64,000 nt of DNA from an uncultured Verrucomicrobiae bacterium (GCA_963769025.1 CAVYKI010000009.1:288001-352000), one strand, 5' to 3'; counted from the first letter of the stretch, positions 33,250 to 43,238 are shown. Numbers and translations are program-made. Notes: a model not told the origin generated them from the sequence alone.

Positions 33250-34965
33250 CTAGGGTCTCGGCAGGACGTTCGTGCGTTTTGCCCACGACTCCCATTTCGC
33301 GGACATCTGGTTCACGCGCGCGGCCTCCGACGCAGCGAGGTCGTTCATCTCCACGCGATCTGCGTCCATGTCGTAGAGTTCCCATGGCCCGGTGGCAACG
33401 GAGACGAGCTTCCACTTTCCCTCGCGGATCGCACGGTTGCCTTCGTGTTCCCACGCGAGGAATTCGCGTTCGATGGGCTGGCCGGCAAACGCGGAGACGA
33501 GGCTCCGTCCTTCGAGCGGGAGGATTTTGTTTCCATTCATTTCGGCGGGATATTTTGCGTCGGCAATATCGACGCACGTGGCCATGAGGTCGATGAGGTG
33601 GCCCGGTTGCGCACGAAATTCGCCCTTCGCCTTCACGCCAGACGGCCAGTGTGCGATGAGCGGCGTGCCGATGCCACCCTCGTGGCCGTAGTGCTTGTAG
33701 AGGCGCCAGGGCGTGTTGCACGCGTTGGCCCAGCCGGAGCCGTAGCTCGGGAACGTTCCCGGCGCGCCCATTTTCAGGAGTTCATCGCCGCGGTAGAGCC
33801 TGTTCGGCAGCGCCTGCGTGCCTTGGTTGATTCCGGTGCCGGGCTCGGGATTCTGCGTCGCCTGCATCTCGAAGCCGAACGGCTCCCACTCGGCGCATGC
33901 GCCGTTGTCGCTGAGGAAAAAGATGAGCGTGTTTTCGAACTGACCGCTGGCGCGCAGGTCTGCGAGCAGGCGCCCGATGTTGCGATCCATGCCCGTGACC
34001 ATGCCAGCATAGACGGCCATTCGCTGCGCGAGGTCCGCACGGCGGTCGGCGGGAAGCGAATCCCACGCGGGATTGCTGCCGTCATCGGTCCACGAGCCGA
34101 TCCGCTTGGAGGCGACGGGGTGGGGGATCTTGCTGCGCGGCGTGAGCGTTGTCGTTTCTGGCACGAGGCCGGTTTTTTTCTGCCGCGCGAGACGCTGTTC
34201 GCGGATTTCATCCCAGCCCTGCGCGTAGATTTCCGGGTAGCCGGCCATGTCTTCGCGTTTCGATTGCACGGGGAAATGCGGCGCCTGATAACCGACGTAG
34301 AGCAGCCACGGGGCGCCGGATTTTCGCATGTCGCCGAGGAAATCCAGCGCATGGTCGGTGATCGCGTCTGTGGCGAAGAATTCGCCGGGCGCGTAGCTGC
34401 GCTGCGGTTTGCCTGCGGGCAGGCGCGTCATCATCCGCGGCTCCCACGAGTCCACGCCGTATCCGCCTACGAATCCGTAGAAATCATCGAAGCCGCGCTT
34501 CGTGGGCGGTTCACTGTCGCCCACGTGCCACTTGCCGGCTGCGGCCGTGCGATAGCCGGCCGGTTTGAGCACCTGCGCAATCGTCACGCAGCTTGAATTC
34601 AGCGCGCCTCGGTAGCCGGGGAATGCCTCGCCCTTGTCGCCCGCGCCGGGAAATTTCGCCGCCCTGTCGGAGGTCATCAGCCCGACGCCGGCCTGGTGCG
34701 GATAGAGGCCCGTGAGCAGCGACGCGCGCGAGGGACAGCATCGCGTGGAGGTGTAGAATCGCGTGAAGCGCAGCCCGCCCGAGGCGAGCGAGTCAAGGTG
34801 CGGCGTGCGGATTTCGCCACCGTAGCTGCCGAGGTCCGACCAGCCGAGGTCGTCGGCGAGGATGATTAGGATGTTCGGCTTCGTCCGTTCCACCGCGGAC
34901 GAGCGAGGCGGCGCGAGGAAGGAGGATAGCAGGACGAGGGCGAGGAGGAACGTTTTCACCGTCAT
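33250..34965 (-). CDS. Arylsulfatase (S1, Cys-type), intact
   Basis: [46 protein letters not shown]. Confidence 0.95.
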   Translation of the reverse strand: MTVKTFLLALVLLSSFLAPPRSSAVERTKPNILIILADDLGWSDLGSYGGEIRTPHLDSLASGGLRFTRFYTSTRCCPSRASLLTGLYPHQAGVGLMTSDRAAKFPGAGDKGEAFPGYRGALNSSCVTIAQVLKPAGYRTAAAGKWHVGDSEPPTKRGFDDFYGFVGGYGVDSWEPRMMTRLPAGKPQRSYAPGEFFATDAITDHALDFLGDMRKSGAPWLLYVGYQAPHFPVQSKREDMAGYPEIYAQGWDEIREQRLARQKKTGLVPETTTLTPRSKIPHPVASKRIGSWTDDGSNPAWDSLPADRRADLAQRMAVYAGMVTGMDRNIGRLLADLRASGQFENTLIFFLSDNGACAEWEPFGFEMQATQNPEPGTGINQGTQALPNRLYRGDELLKMGAPGTFPSYGSGWANACNTPWRLYKHYGHEGGIGTPLIAHWPSGVKAKGEFRAQPGHLIDLMATCVDIADAKYPAEMNGNKILPLEGRSLVSAFAGQPIEREFLAWEHEGNRAIREGKWKLVSVATGPWELYDMDADRVEMNDLAASEAARVNQMSAKWESWAKRTNVLPRP

Positions 34966-35172
34966 GCAACCACGTTGAGCGGCGAATTTCGGACATTGCC
35001 AGTGCGAAAAACCACGAGCCGGCCGGCGTTCCGATGGTGACACCTTCATCGCCCCGTGCCGGGCTTCGCGAAGCTGAGGTGCAGGCGTGGGGCAACAATC
35101 TGCCGCAAAACGGCGGTTTATTTATCAAACCTCTTGCATCGCTGTGGAATCCCGCTAGCCATCCCGCCCTCT

Positions 35173-35598
35173 ATGGAACTCCTCGTTGCTACCCTCGCTG
35201 ACACAGCCGTCGAAAACCAAGGCAAACTGAACGTGCTTGGCGCGTTCGATGCCGTGATTGCGCAAAGCTTCCCCGCGAACTTTGCCTACACGCTTGTCCT
35301 GCGTTTCTCGTTCACTGCCGAAGACCACGGCGCCCACACGTTCTCCATCCGTCTCACGGACGATTCCGGTGATGCCGGCGATCAGGCACCGAAAGAGGCG
35401 GAACTGCAGGTGAACATGCCTCCGGGGACCAAGGGCTTCTCGACGCAGAACATGATCCAGCCGTTGCAGGGCAGCGTGCAGAAGGCCGGCAATTATCACT
35501 TCGCCGTCTTCTTCGACGGAAAGGTGCTCGCCCGGATCCCCTTCCGCGTCATCAGCCAGGCCGAACTCACCCAGACCGCCGGCCAGCCCGCCGCGTAG
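35173..35598 (+). CDS. Conserved hypothetical beta-sandwich protein (DUF6941-like)
   Basis: LAD.A....GKLNVLGAFD and G.YHF.V.FDG pattern. Confidence 0.65.
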   Translation: MELLVATLADTAVENQGKLNVLGAFDAVIAQSFPANFAYTLVLRFSFTAEDHGAHTFSIRLTDDSGDAGDQAPKEAELQVNMPPGTKGFSTQNMIQPLQGSVQKAGNYHFAVFFDGKVLARIPFRVISQAELTQTAGQPAA

Positions 35599-35629
35599 TC
35601 GTCTTTCCACCTCAACCTCAAATCTCCCT

Positions 35630-35671
35630 CAAGCCTGCCCCGGCCACGTGCCGCGGCAGGCTTGTCTTTTA
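35630..35671 (+). terminator. Rho-independent terminator candidate
   Basis: CAAGCCTGCC-C-CGGC / loop CACGT / GCCG-C-GGCAGGCTTG, followed by TCTTTTA, ~30 nt after the stop at 35598. Confidence 0.7.
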
Positions 35672-35712
35672 TGGGGCAAAATGCGGTGCGGTCCTCGCTT
35701 TGCGGTCCGCTG

Positions 35713-35726
35713 GAAACGGCCGTTTC
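35713..35726. promoter_or_regulatory. Perfect 14-bp palindrome upstream of dinB
   Basis: GAAACGGCCGTTTC, 35-45 nt before the dinB start. Confidence 0.35.
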
Positions 35727-35760
35727 TGATGGGCGGCGTTTGTGCCAAGCTGCGTAACGA

Positions 35761-36849
35761 TTGAACCCCGTGCCCCGCGTCATTTTCCATGTCGATATGG
35801 ATGCGTTCTTCGCCTCGGTCGAGCAACGCGACCACCCGGAGTATCGAGGCAAACCGCTGATCGTCGGCTCTCCTCCCGACCAGCGTGGCGTGGTCTGCGC
35901 GGCGAGCTACGAGGCGAGGAAATTCAAGGTGCGTTCCGCGATGCCATCGCGGACGGCCGGGAAACTCTGCCCGCACGGCATCTTCGTGCGACCGCGGATG
36001 GATGTGTACCGCGCGGAGTCGGGATTCATCATGGAGATCCTGCGCAGCTTCACCCCGGTGATTGAGCGGGTCTCCGTGGACGAGGCCTATCTCGATCTCA
36101 GCGGCGCGTTTGAAAACCACGGCGATGCTGACACTGCGCTGGAAGCGGCGGTCCCGGTGGCGCAGGAAATCAGGCGCAGGATCGCAGCGGAACGACATCT
36201 GACGGCCAGCATCGGCGTCGCCTCAAACAAGTTCCTCGCGAAGCTCGGCAGCGATTTCGAAAAGCCCGACGGGCTCACGCTGATCTCGGAGCGGGACAAG
36301 GTGGATTTTCTGAAACCGCTGTCCGTCCGCTCGATTCACGGAGTGGGCCCGGTCACGGCGGTGGCGCTCGAAGCCGCAGGACTGAAGACCATCGGCGACC
36401 TCCAGACGACCGCCGTCGATCTGCGCGGCCTCGTTGGGTCCTTTGCGGAGAGCCTGAAAAGGCGGGCCTTCGGTGATGATGACCGCGCGCTCGATACGAG
36501 CGACGAGCGCAAGAGCATCAGCGCCGAGAACACCTTCCTTGAAGACACCGACGATCGGCCCACCTTGCGGGCGGCACTCCGGGAGATGGCTGCCGATGTC
36601 GCACAGAGCCTGGAGAAGCATGGGCTCGGTGCGCTGACCATCCAGGTGAAGGTCCGCTACAGCGACTTCACGACGCTCACCCGGCAGATCCGGCTCGAGG
36701 AGCCGGTGACCGCGGCGAAGCAGATCTATTGGCTCGCCCAGTTTCTCCTCGCGCGGCATCGCCTCGTGAAGAGCCCGCTCCGGCTGATCGGCATCGGCGT
36801 CTCCACGCTGGTGTCACCGGCAGGGCATCAGCTCTTGCTCCCGATTTGA
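35761..36849 (+). CDS. dinB: DNA polymerase IV
   Basis: IFHVDMDAFFASVE, ASYEAR, SVDEAYLD, NKFLAK..SD..KPDG, KSISAE.TF, RLIGI; start may be GTG at 35770. Confidence 0.96.
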   Translation: MNPVPRVIFHVDMDAFFASVEQRDHPEYRGKPLIVGSPPDQRGVVCAASYEARKFKVRSAMPSRTAGKLCPHGIFVRPRMDVYRAESGFIMEILRSFTPVIERVSVDEAYLDLSGAFENHGDADTALEAAVPVAQEIRRRIAAERHLTASIGVASNKFLAKLGSDFEKPDGLTLISERDKVDFLKPLSVRSIHGVGPVTAVALEAAGLKTIGDLQTTAVDLRGLVGSFAESLKRRAFGDDDRALDTSDERKSISAENTFLEDTDDRPTLRAALREMAADVAQSLEKHGLGALTIQVKVRYSDFTTLTRQIRLEEPVTAAKQIYWLAQFLLARHRLVKSPLRLIGIGVSTLVSPAGHQLLLPI

Positions 36850-36897
36850 AAGACCCGGAGCGCAGCGATGCCGCCATGTGCAACGGGCGGGCCGTCG

Positions 36898-37017
36898 TTA
36901 TTTGTGGTAGCCCGTGGTCGTGGTGGTGGAACTCGTCGTCGTGTGCGAATCGCGGCACGCGCAGGAACTGAAGGCGAGGGCCGCGACGACGAGGAGGAGT
37001 GTGGAGATGATTTTCAT
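36898..37017 (-). CDS. 39-aa lipoprotein, Thr/Ser-rich
   Basis: MKIISTLLLVVAALAFSSC-ACRDSHTTTSSTTTTTGYHK*; signal peptide with lipobox-like FSSC. Confidence 0.7.
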   Translation of the reverse strand: MKIISTLLLVVAALAFSSCACRDSHTTTSSTTTTTGYHK

Positions 37018-37094
37018 ACAAAGAATCATCGGCTGCCGATGCATTCCGAGTGTATGAATTTTTCGCAGCGCGGCTCCCCGCGCACGTTTTGCCG

Positions 37095-37430
37095 ATGGGT
37101 AAAGCCGACCACCACCACCATAACGTTTACGTGATCCTGCTCGATGCGACCGTGGCGAAGCATCCCTCCGTGCTCCGGCTGAATCCAAACCGGGATGCGT
37201 CGAAACCGTGTCTCTACGTCGGGATGACGGGGCTGCCCGTGGAGCATCGGTTCGAAAACCACAAGCACGGATACAAGGCCGCGTGGACCGTGGAAAAGTA
37301 TGGCATCCGGCTGATGCCGGAGTTTTTCGAGCACCTGAATCCGATGCCATTTGAAGCAGCAGCCCAGATGGAAAAGGACCTCGCCGAGGATCTGCGCGGA
37401 CAGGGTTATACGGTGACGGGCGGAACGTAG
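37095..37430 (+). CDS. Small stand-alone GIY-YIG-like nuclease
   Basis: NVYVILL...LYVGMTG..VEHRF.NHK.G..A...E: two tyrosine motifs plus conserved Arg, His and Glu. Confidence 0.75.
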   Translation: MGKADHHHHNVYVILLDATVAKHPSVLRLNPNRDASKPCLYVGMTGLPVEHRFENHKHGYKAAWTVEKYGIRLMPEFFEHLNPMPFEAAAQMEKDLAEDLRGQGYTVTGGT

Positions 37431-37526
37431 CGACGCGGGTATGTGAGGTTGCACGTGCGGGATCGGACCGGCTGGCGTTCCTGATCCTTGACACGCGACA
37501 TCGGGCACGACTAGGACGGCAATCCC

Positions 37527-39521
37527 ATGGCTGAGCAGGTTGCAAAATTTTCAACGGAAGGTGATGCGGGTGACCCGGGTCCGGCAATCGGGTGGCGGGC
37601 GTTGGGCGTCGCAGCCGCGTTTCTGCCATTCATCGCGATCCTGTGTTTCGGCGTGCCGTCGTGGTTTCCGTGGGCGCTGGCCCTGGATACCGGCACCGCC
37701 ATCGAGTACGGGACGCGCGGATACGACCCTCAGTGGAATTTCGCCGGTCGGCTCACGTGGTCACTTCTGATTTGTTGCGGCGTGGTCGCCGTGATGCGCC
37801 GGCGTGGTTGGGCCGCGACATTGGTGGCGCTCGCGATCCTGCTGGCCGGGCTGGCTGTCCCGCAGGCCTGTCTTTGGACCACCGGCTACAGCAAATACAC
37901 GATGCTCGGCGGCACCGTTCCGTTCACGGACGCCGCGGGATACCTCGATAACGCGAGTCGCATGGTCGAGAACCAGCGCATCGCTTACAGTTTTGCGGAT
38001 CGACCGATGTTTCCGGCGTTTGTGTCGAGCATCTTTCAGTTCACCGGAATCAGCCTGAGGCCCGTGTTCGCCATTCTGCTCGCGTTTGCCGGAGTCGGGA
38101 TGTTCCTCGCTGCGCGTGAAATGGCCGTGCGTTTCGGAGCAGTCGCCGCAGCCTGCTTCCTGTTCGTCATCTACGTGTACTACAACCGGTACGTGGGAAC
38201 GCTGATGACGGAACATCTGGGCCTGATGCTCAGCCTGTATGCCTTCGCATTGCTGCTGCGTGGGCTTTTCGAGCGCGGCCGGGTCGCTTGGTTTGCCGGG
38301 TTGTTCTTCCTGTCTGCGGCGCTGTGGGCGCGCGTCGGGGCGCTCTTTGTCCTGCCGGCGCTCTGCATTTTCACGGCGATTCATTTCCGGAAATCGGGAA
38401 GATTTTCTCCGGCGATGTTCGTCGCGGCCATCGCCGTGATGTTGGTCCCGATGGGCCTGAACCGTGTCCTCTTCCTCCGTGTGTATGACCCGGCGACGCG
38501 GCCTCAGTCGCATTTCAACTATGTCGCATACGGTCTCCTGCGCGGGACCAGTTCCGCGGAGGCACTGAGTGTGTACGGCACGGACGGCGCGAAACTCAGC
38601 GCGGCGACATGGGAGCTGTTCCGCGAAAAGCCGCATCGTGCATTGAGGGCGATCCGAAGGACCTTGTACGAGTTCTTCACGGGCGAGATGCCCTTCAGCT
38701 TCACAGGGCCGTACGTCGCGCGTCTGCTTTTATACGCTTTCCTCTTTGCGATCGCCCTTGGATTCGCGCGGGCCACCCGCAGCGCGTACGATGGCTTTTC
38801 CCTGACGCTGGCTGGCGGGATCATCGCCTCCGTGCCGTTCGCGCCGCCCGTGGAATGCGACATCATGCGAATCTACGCGGCCACGATGCCCTTGCAGGCG
38901 TGCCTCGCCGCCACCGGTGTCGCAGCCCTCGTCCGGCTGGTCGCGCCCGCGTTCCGCGGGGATCCATCGCGCCCGGTCCGGCTCATCGAGAGCAATGCTC
39001 CCGACAGCTGCCAGTCCGGGTACGCCATGGGTGCCGCGGGCCTCGTGCTGCTCCTGGTATTCGGGCTTCCGCTCGGCCGATCATTTTTCACCCGGGAATC
39101 CACAGGTCGCGTGTCCTTGTTTGAAATGGCCCGGGCGCAGGATTCGCGAGGGCTCGCGATTCATCTGGTGGCGGATGATGCTCCGCGTCCGCGCGTCCCG
39201 ACGTTTCGGGTCGACGACTTCCGCCGCAGTCTCTACGGATTCGGAACGGGGTACTTCCAAAAGGAGGCCGACTGGCTTGCCCGGCTTCCCGCCGGCACGA
39301 GCGTCGTCTCCGGCGGCGCGGCAGGCCTCATCATCATTCCCACGGAGAAGCTTCGCCGCAGCGACAGCCGGGCGGAATTCGATGCGACCTACGAAGGCTT
39401 CATGATGCTCCAACTGGATCGGGACGTCGTTCCGGCCGCTGCCAAAAAGCCCGCGACCGTCCCTGCGGACGAGCGCCGCGATGCGCCCGCGCTGCAGGGG
39501 GAAAAAATGGACGCGGGCTGA
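37527..39521 (+). CDS. Polytopic membrane protein, possibly GT-C-type glycosyltransferase-like
   Basis: More than 10 hydrophobic segments; DAAGY and RP in an early loop, LMTE motif; soluble C-terminal domain. Confidence 0.55.
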   Translation: MAEQVAKFSTEGDAGDPGPAIGWRALGVAAAFLPFIAILCFGVPSWFPWALALDTGTAIEYGTRGYDPQWNFAGRLTWSLLICCGVVAVMRRRGWAATLVALAILLAGLAVPQACLWTTGYSKYTMLGGTVPFTDAAGYLDNASRMVENQRIAYSFADRPMFPAFVSSIFQFTGISLRPVFAILLAFAGVGMFLAAREMAVRFGAVAAACFLFVIYVYYNRYVGTLMTEHLGLMLSLYAFALLLRGLFERGRVAWFAGLFFLSAALWARVGALFVLPALCIFTAIHFRKSGRFSPAMFVAAIAVMLVPMGLNRVLFLRVYDPATRPQSHFNYVAYGLLRGTSSAEALSVYGTDGAKLSAATWELFREKPHRALRAIRRTLYEFFTGEMPFSFTGPYVARLLLYAFLFAIALGFARATRSAYDGFSLTLAGGIIASVPFAPPVECDIMRIYAATMPLQACLAATGVAALVRLVAPAFRGDPSRPVRLIESNAPDSCQSGYAMGAAGLVLLLVFGLPLGRSFFTRESTGRVSLFEMARAQDSRGLAIHLVADDAPRPRVPTFRVDDFRRSLYGFGTGYFQKEADWLARLPAGTSVVSGGAAGLIIIPTEKLRRSDSRAEFDATYEGFMMLQLDRDVVPAAAKKPATVPADERRDAPALQGEKMDAG

Positions 39522-39611
39522 AGCTGCCGTTCGCTGGTTGCCACGGATCGGCGAGAGCCGAGTACGCCACCGCACGCTCTAACGGGCAATCGCTCCTCCG
39601 GTTATCCTTCC

Positions 39612-41033
39612 ATGAGTTCGCCCCTGTTCCGTCCCCCGATGAACCGCCGCGCATTCCTCAGCGCATCCGCGATGGGGCTGGCGGGACTGCACTGTTCCTC
39701 CGCACTTGCTGCGGTTCCCTCCGCGGGCGCGCTGCGCAAGCCGGCAAAATCCACGATCCTCTTTTTCCTCTGCGGCGGCGCGTCGCACATCGACATGTGG
39801 GACATGAAGCCCGAGGCGCCGATCGAATATCGCGGTGAGTTCCAGCCGATCCGCACGAGCGCGCCGGACATCCATCTCTGCGAACACCTCCCGATGCTTG
39901 CGAAGCAGGCACACAACTTTTCCCTCGTGCATGGCATCACGGATTTCGGGCGCGCGACGGGCGATCACCACGCGGGCTATTACTATAACCTCACCGGCCA
40001 CACGCCCGACCAGACCTTCAAGCAGCAGGGCAACGACCGCCGCCCGTATCCCGACGACTGGCCGTACATGGGCTGCGTCGTCGGTTCGCGTCGGCCGCCG
40101 CATGCGAAGCTGCCGAATGTCATCTCGCTCCCGCACAAGCCGAGCAAGCTGCCCTTCACGCGGCCCGGCCAGTTCGCCGGGCGGCTCGGAATGGAGCACG
40201 ATCCGTTTTACCTCACCGGCGACTTCGACCATCCGCTGAACTTCTCCGCGCCCACGCTCACGATGGAGCAGGGCATGAGCGCCGGCCGCATGGACTCGCG
40301 CCGCGAACTTCTCCGCGCGCTCGACGATGCGCGCCGCCATCTCGACCACGAGGCGCAGGCAAAGAACTACGCGCGGCAGCAGGAAAAGGCGTTCGCCCTT
40401 CTCTCATCGAGCGCCACGACCGGCGCGTTCGACATCGCGAAGGAACCCGCATCCGTGCGCGAGCGCTACGGTGACACGATCAACGGCACCAGCCTCCTCA
40501 TGGCGCGCAGGCTCGTGCAGGCAGGCGTGCCGTTCGTCACGGTTTTTTGGAAGGAGGACGAACGCATCGCCAAGCAGTGCAAGAGCGCAGGCGGCTGGGA
40601 CACGCATGGTGACAATTTCAACTGCCTCAAAAACTTTCTCCTCCCGCAGTTCGACCGCGCCTTCTCCGCGCTCATGGAAGACCTGTCCTCCAGCGGGCTG
40701 CTCGACGACACGCTCGTGCTCGTGACCAGCGAGATGGGGCGCAAGCCGCAAGTCGGCGACCGGCGCTCGGGCGGCACCGTCGGCGCGGGCCGCGATCATT
40801 GGACGGCCTGCATGAGCGTGCTCATGGCCGGTGGCGGCATCCAGGGCGGCCGTGAAGTCGGCGCCACCGACGCGCGTGCGGAATATCCCAAGCAACGCCC
40901 CATCGATCCCGCCGACGTCGTGAAGACCGTCTATCACGCCATGGGCATCACCGATCTCGAAGCCACCGATCCCCTCGGCCGCCCCTACAATCTACTCGAG
41001 GAAGGCAAGCCGCTGACGGAACTCTTCGGCTGA
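39612..41033 (+). CDS. DUF1501 domain protein with Tat-like leader
   Basis: NRRAFL, AKS.IL.FL.GGASHIDMWDMKP, ARRLV.AGV.FV, WDTH, SEMGR.P, GRDHW. Confidence 0.93.
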   Translation: MSSPLFRPPMNRRAFLSASAMGLAGLHCSSALAAVPSAGALRKPAKSTILFFLCGGASHIDMWDMKPEAPIEYRGEFQPIRTSAPDIHLCEHLPMLAKQAHNFSLVHGITDFGRATGDHHAGYYYNLTGHTPDQTFKQQGNDRRPYPDDWPYMGCVVGSRRPPHAKLPNVISLPHKPSKLPFTRPGQFAGRLGMEHDPFYLTGDFDHPLNFSAPTLTMEQGMSAGRMDSRRELLRALDDARRHLDHEAQAKNYARQQEKAFALLSSSATTGAFDIAKEPASVRERYGDTINGTSLLMARRLVQAGVPFVTVFWKEDERIAKQCKSAGGWDTHGDNFNCLKNFLLPQFDRAFSALMEDLSSSGLLDDTLVLVTSEMGRKPQVGDRRSGGTVGAGRDHWTACMSVLMAGGGIQGGREVGATDARAEYPKQRPIDPADVVKTVYHAMGITDLEATDPLGRPYNLLEEGKPLTELFG

Positions 41034-41175
41034 GAAAAACGCCGAAGTCTTGTCCGCGGACACCGGGCGCGACGATCCGCGATGGTGCCGCAGAGGCAAA
41101 GGCGGATTTCTCTCCGTCGGGAAATCGGTGCCACGGAGCGAGACGCCTGTTGCAGTCCGCGGCCCAAGCCAGTAG

Positions 41176-42168
41176 ATGCAGCGGATGGCATACAACGAAC
41201 CCCGCACCATTGTGGTGCAATTCCCGCCGCATCTTGCGAAGTGGGTCCCCATCCTTCCATTTGCTGTCCTCGCGCTGTGGCTCGGTTTGACGAGTTGGTA
41301 CACGATTCCCGCCGAGTCGGTCGGCGTCGTCCTGCGCTTCGGACAGTTCGATACGATTCGCGAACCGGGGCTTCATTTCAAGGTTCCGTTCGGGGTGGAT
41401 GAAGTCATTCCGGTCGCGGTGAAGCGGCAGCTCAAGATGGAGTTTGGTTTCGGCACGTCGGGCGCGTTGAATTCCCGGCAGTTCACCGAGGAGCAGGACC
41501 GCGAGAAGAATATGGTCACCGGCGACCTGAACACGGCGCTCGTCGAGTGGGTCGTGCAGTATCGCCTCGATGAGCCGAAGCTCTTCCTCTTCCGGGTGCG
41601 CAATCCCGAGGAGACCCTGCGCGACCTTTCCGAGTCCATCATGCGCGAGATCATCGGCGACCGGACGGTGGACGAAGTCATCACCGTCGGCCGGCAGGAC
41701 ATCGAGAACAGTTCGCTCGTGCGGCTGCGCGAGGTGTCGAAGGAATTCCAGCTCGGCATCATGGTGGATCAGGTGCAGCTCAAGAATATCAACCCGCCGC
41801 GCGAGGTGCAGGCGTCATTTAACGAAGTCAACAAGGCAAAGCAGGATCGCGAAAACATGATGAACATCGCCAACGGTGAATATAACAAGGTCGTCCCCCG
41901 TGCCCGCGGCGAGGCTGAGCAGAAGGTCAGCGTCGCCGAGGGCTACCAGCTCAAGCGCGTGAACGAGGCGCTCGGCGATGTGTCGGCCTTCAACGCCGTG
42001 CTGGCCGAGTACCTGAAGGCACCCGACGTCACGCGAACGCGAATTTACCTCGAAACCATGGCCGAGGTGCTCCCGCAGGTCCGGGACCGGGTGATCGTGG
42101 ACGACAAGATCACGCAATTGCTGCCGATGCTTCCCGGGACGGGTCGCGCTGGGGAGGCACGGAAATGA
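41176..42168 (+). CDS. hflK: FtsH protease modulator HflK
   Basis: GVVLRFG, PGLHFK.P, MVTGD.N, VQY, PP.EV..SF..V, P.ARGEA, P.VTR.RIYLETM. Confidence 0.93.
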   Translation: MQRMAYNEPRTIVVQFPPHLAKWVPILPFAVLALWLGLTSWYTIPAESVGVVLRFGQFDTIREPGLHFKVPFGVDEVIPVAVKRQLKMEFGFGTSGALNSRQFTEEQDREKNMVTGDLNTALVEWVVQYRLDEPKLFLFRVRNPEETLRDLSESIMREIIGDRTVDEVITVGRQDIENSSLVRLREVSKEFQLGIMVDQVQLKNINPPREVQASFNEVNKAKQDRENMMNIANGEYNKVVPRARGEAEQKVSVAEGYQLKRVNEALGDVSAFNAVLAEYLKAPDVTRTRIYLETMAEVLPQVRDRVIVDDKITQLLPMLPGTGRAGEARK

Positions 42169-43238
42169 ACCTCACTCGAATCGCCATTGTCGTTGTCGCA
42201 GCCGTCGCGCTCGTTGTGCTCATTGCGAGCGCCTACACGGTGCGGGAGACGGATGTCGTCATCCTCACTCAGTTCGGAAAACAGATCGGCAAGCCCGTGA
42301 CGGATGCGGGGCTTCATTGGAAACTTCCCTTCATCCAGTCGGTGAACCGGATCGAAAAGCGCCTGCTCGAATGGGACGGCCCGGTGAGCGAGATGCCGAC
42401 GAAGGACAAGACGTACATCTCCGTCGAGGCTTTCGCGCGTTGGCGGATTCACGATCCGGCGGTGTATTTCGTCAGCCTGCGCGATGAGCGCAGCGCACAG
42501 TCGCGGCTGGATGACATCATCGGCAGCGAAATTCGCATCGCGGTCGCGCGCCACGAACTCATCGAGGTCATCCGCAGCGACAAGACGCGCAAGCTGGCCG
42601 ATGCCGTGGAAAAGAATTTCGCGGGGAGCGCCGCCGCATTGCCCCCGATCGACCGAGGCCGGCGCGAAATCGAGCGCGACATTCTCAAGGAGGCTGCGCC
42701 AAAGGTGCAGTCGCTCGGCATCGAGCTGCTCGATGTGAGGGTCAAGCGTGTGAACTACAACGCGCAGGTCATCGAGCGAATCCACCAGCGAATGATCAGC
42801 GAGCGCACGCAGATCGCGCAGGGCTACCGCTCCGAGGGCGAAGGCATGGCCGCGGGCATCACCGGCAAAAGGGATCGCGAGCTGCGCGAAATCGAATCGA
42901 ACGCGTACCGCAAGGTGCAGGAAATCCAGGGTGCCGCCGACGCCGAGGCCACGCGCATCTACGCCGAGGCATTCAACAAGAGCCCGGAGGCCGTCGAGTT
43001 CTACGGCTTCGTGAAAACGATGGAGACCTACAAGAAGATCATGCTCGGCGACACCAGCATCGTGCTCTCCACGGACAGCGAACTTTTCCGGCTTCTGAAG
43101 AGTGCGCGCCCGTCAGGCCCGTCCGCCTCGTCCGTCGTGCCGCCTCGCGCCGCAGTTCCAAATCCCGTTGCCGTCCCGAAGCCCGCTCCAGCACCCATCC
43201 CCGCGCCTTCGCCGGCTCCCGAGCCGGGGACGCCGTAA
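42165..43238 (+). CDS. hflC: FtsH protease modulator HflC, with Pro/Ala-rich tail
   Basis: TQFGK, GLHWKLPF, TKDK..I.V..FARWRI.DP, RMISER, YRSEG, G.ADAEA..IYA; ATGA overlap with hflK. Confidence 0.94.
   Translation: MNLTRIAIVVVAAVALVVLIASAYTVRETDVVILTQFGKQIGKPVTDAGLHWKLPFIQSVNRIEKRLLEWDGPVSEMPTKDKTYISVEAFARWRIHDPAVYFVSLRDERSAQSRLDDIIGSEIRIAVARHELIEVIRSDKTRKLADAVEKNFAGSAAALPPIDRGRREIERDILKEAAPKVQSLGIELLDVRVKRVNYNAQVIERIHQRMISERTQIAQGYRSEGEGMAAGITGKRDRELREIESNAYRKVQEIQGAADAEATRIYAEAFNKSPEAVEFYGFVKTMETYKKIMLGDTSIVLSTDSELFRLLKSARPSGPSASSVVPPRAAVPNPVAVPKPAPAPIPAPSPAPEPGTP

Noticed and set aside
43110..43238. Pro/Ala repeat tail of HflC (and the similar linker at 10210-10330)
   Set aside because: Ordinary low-complexity linker, not a DNA repeat element.
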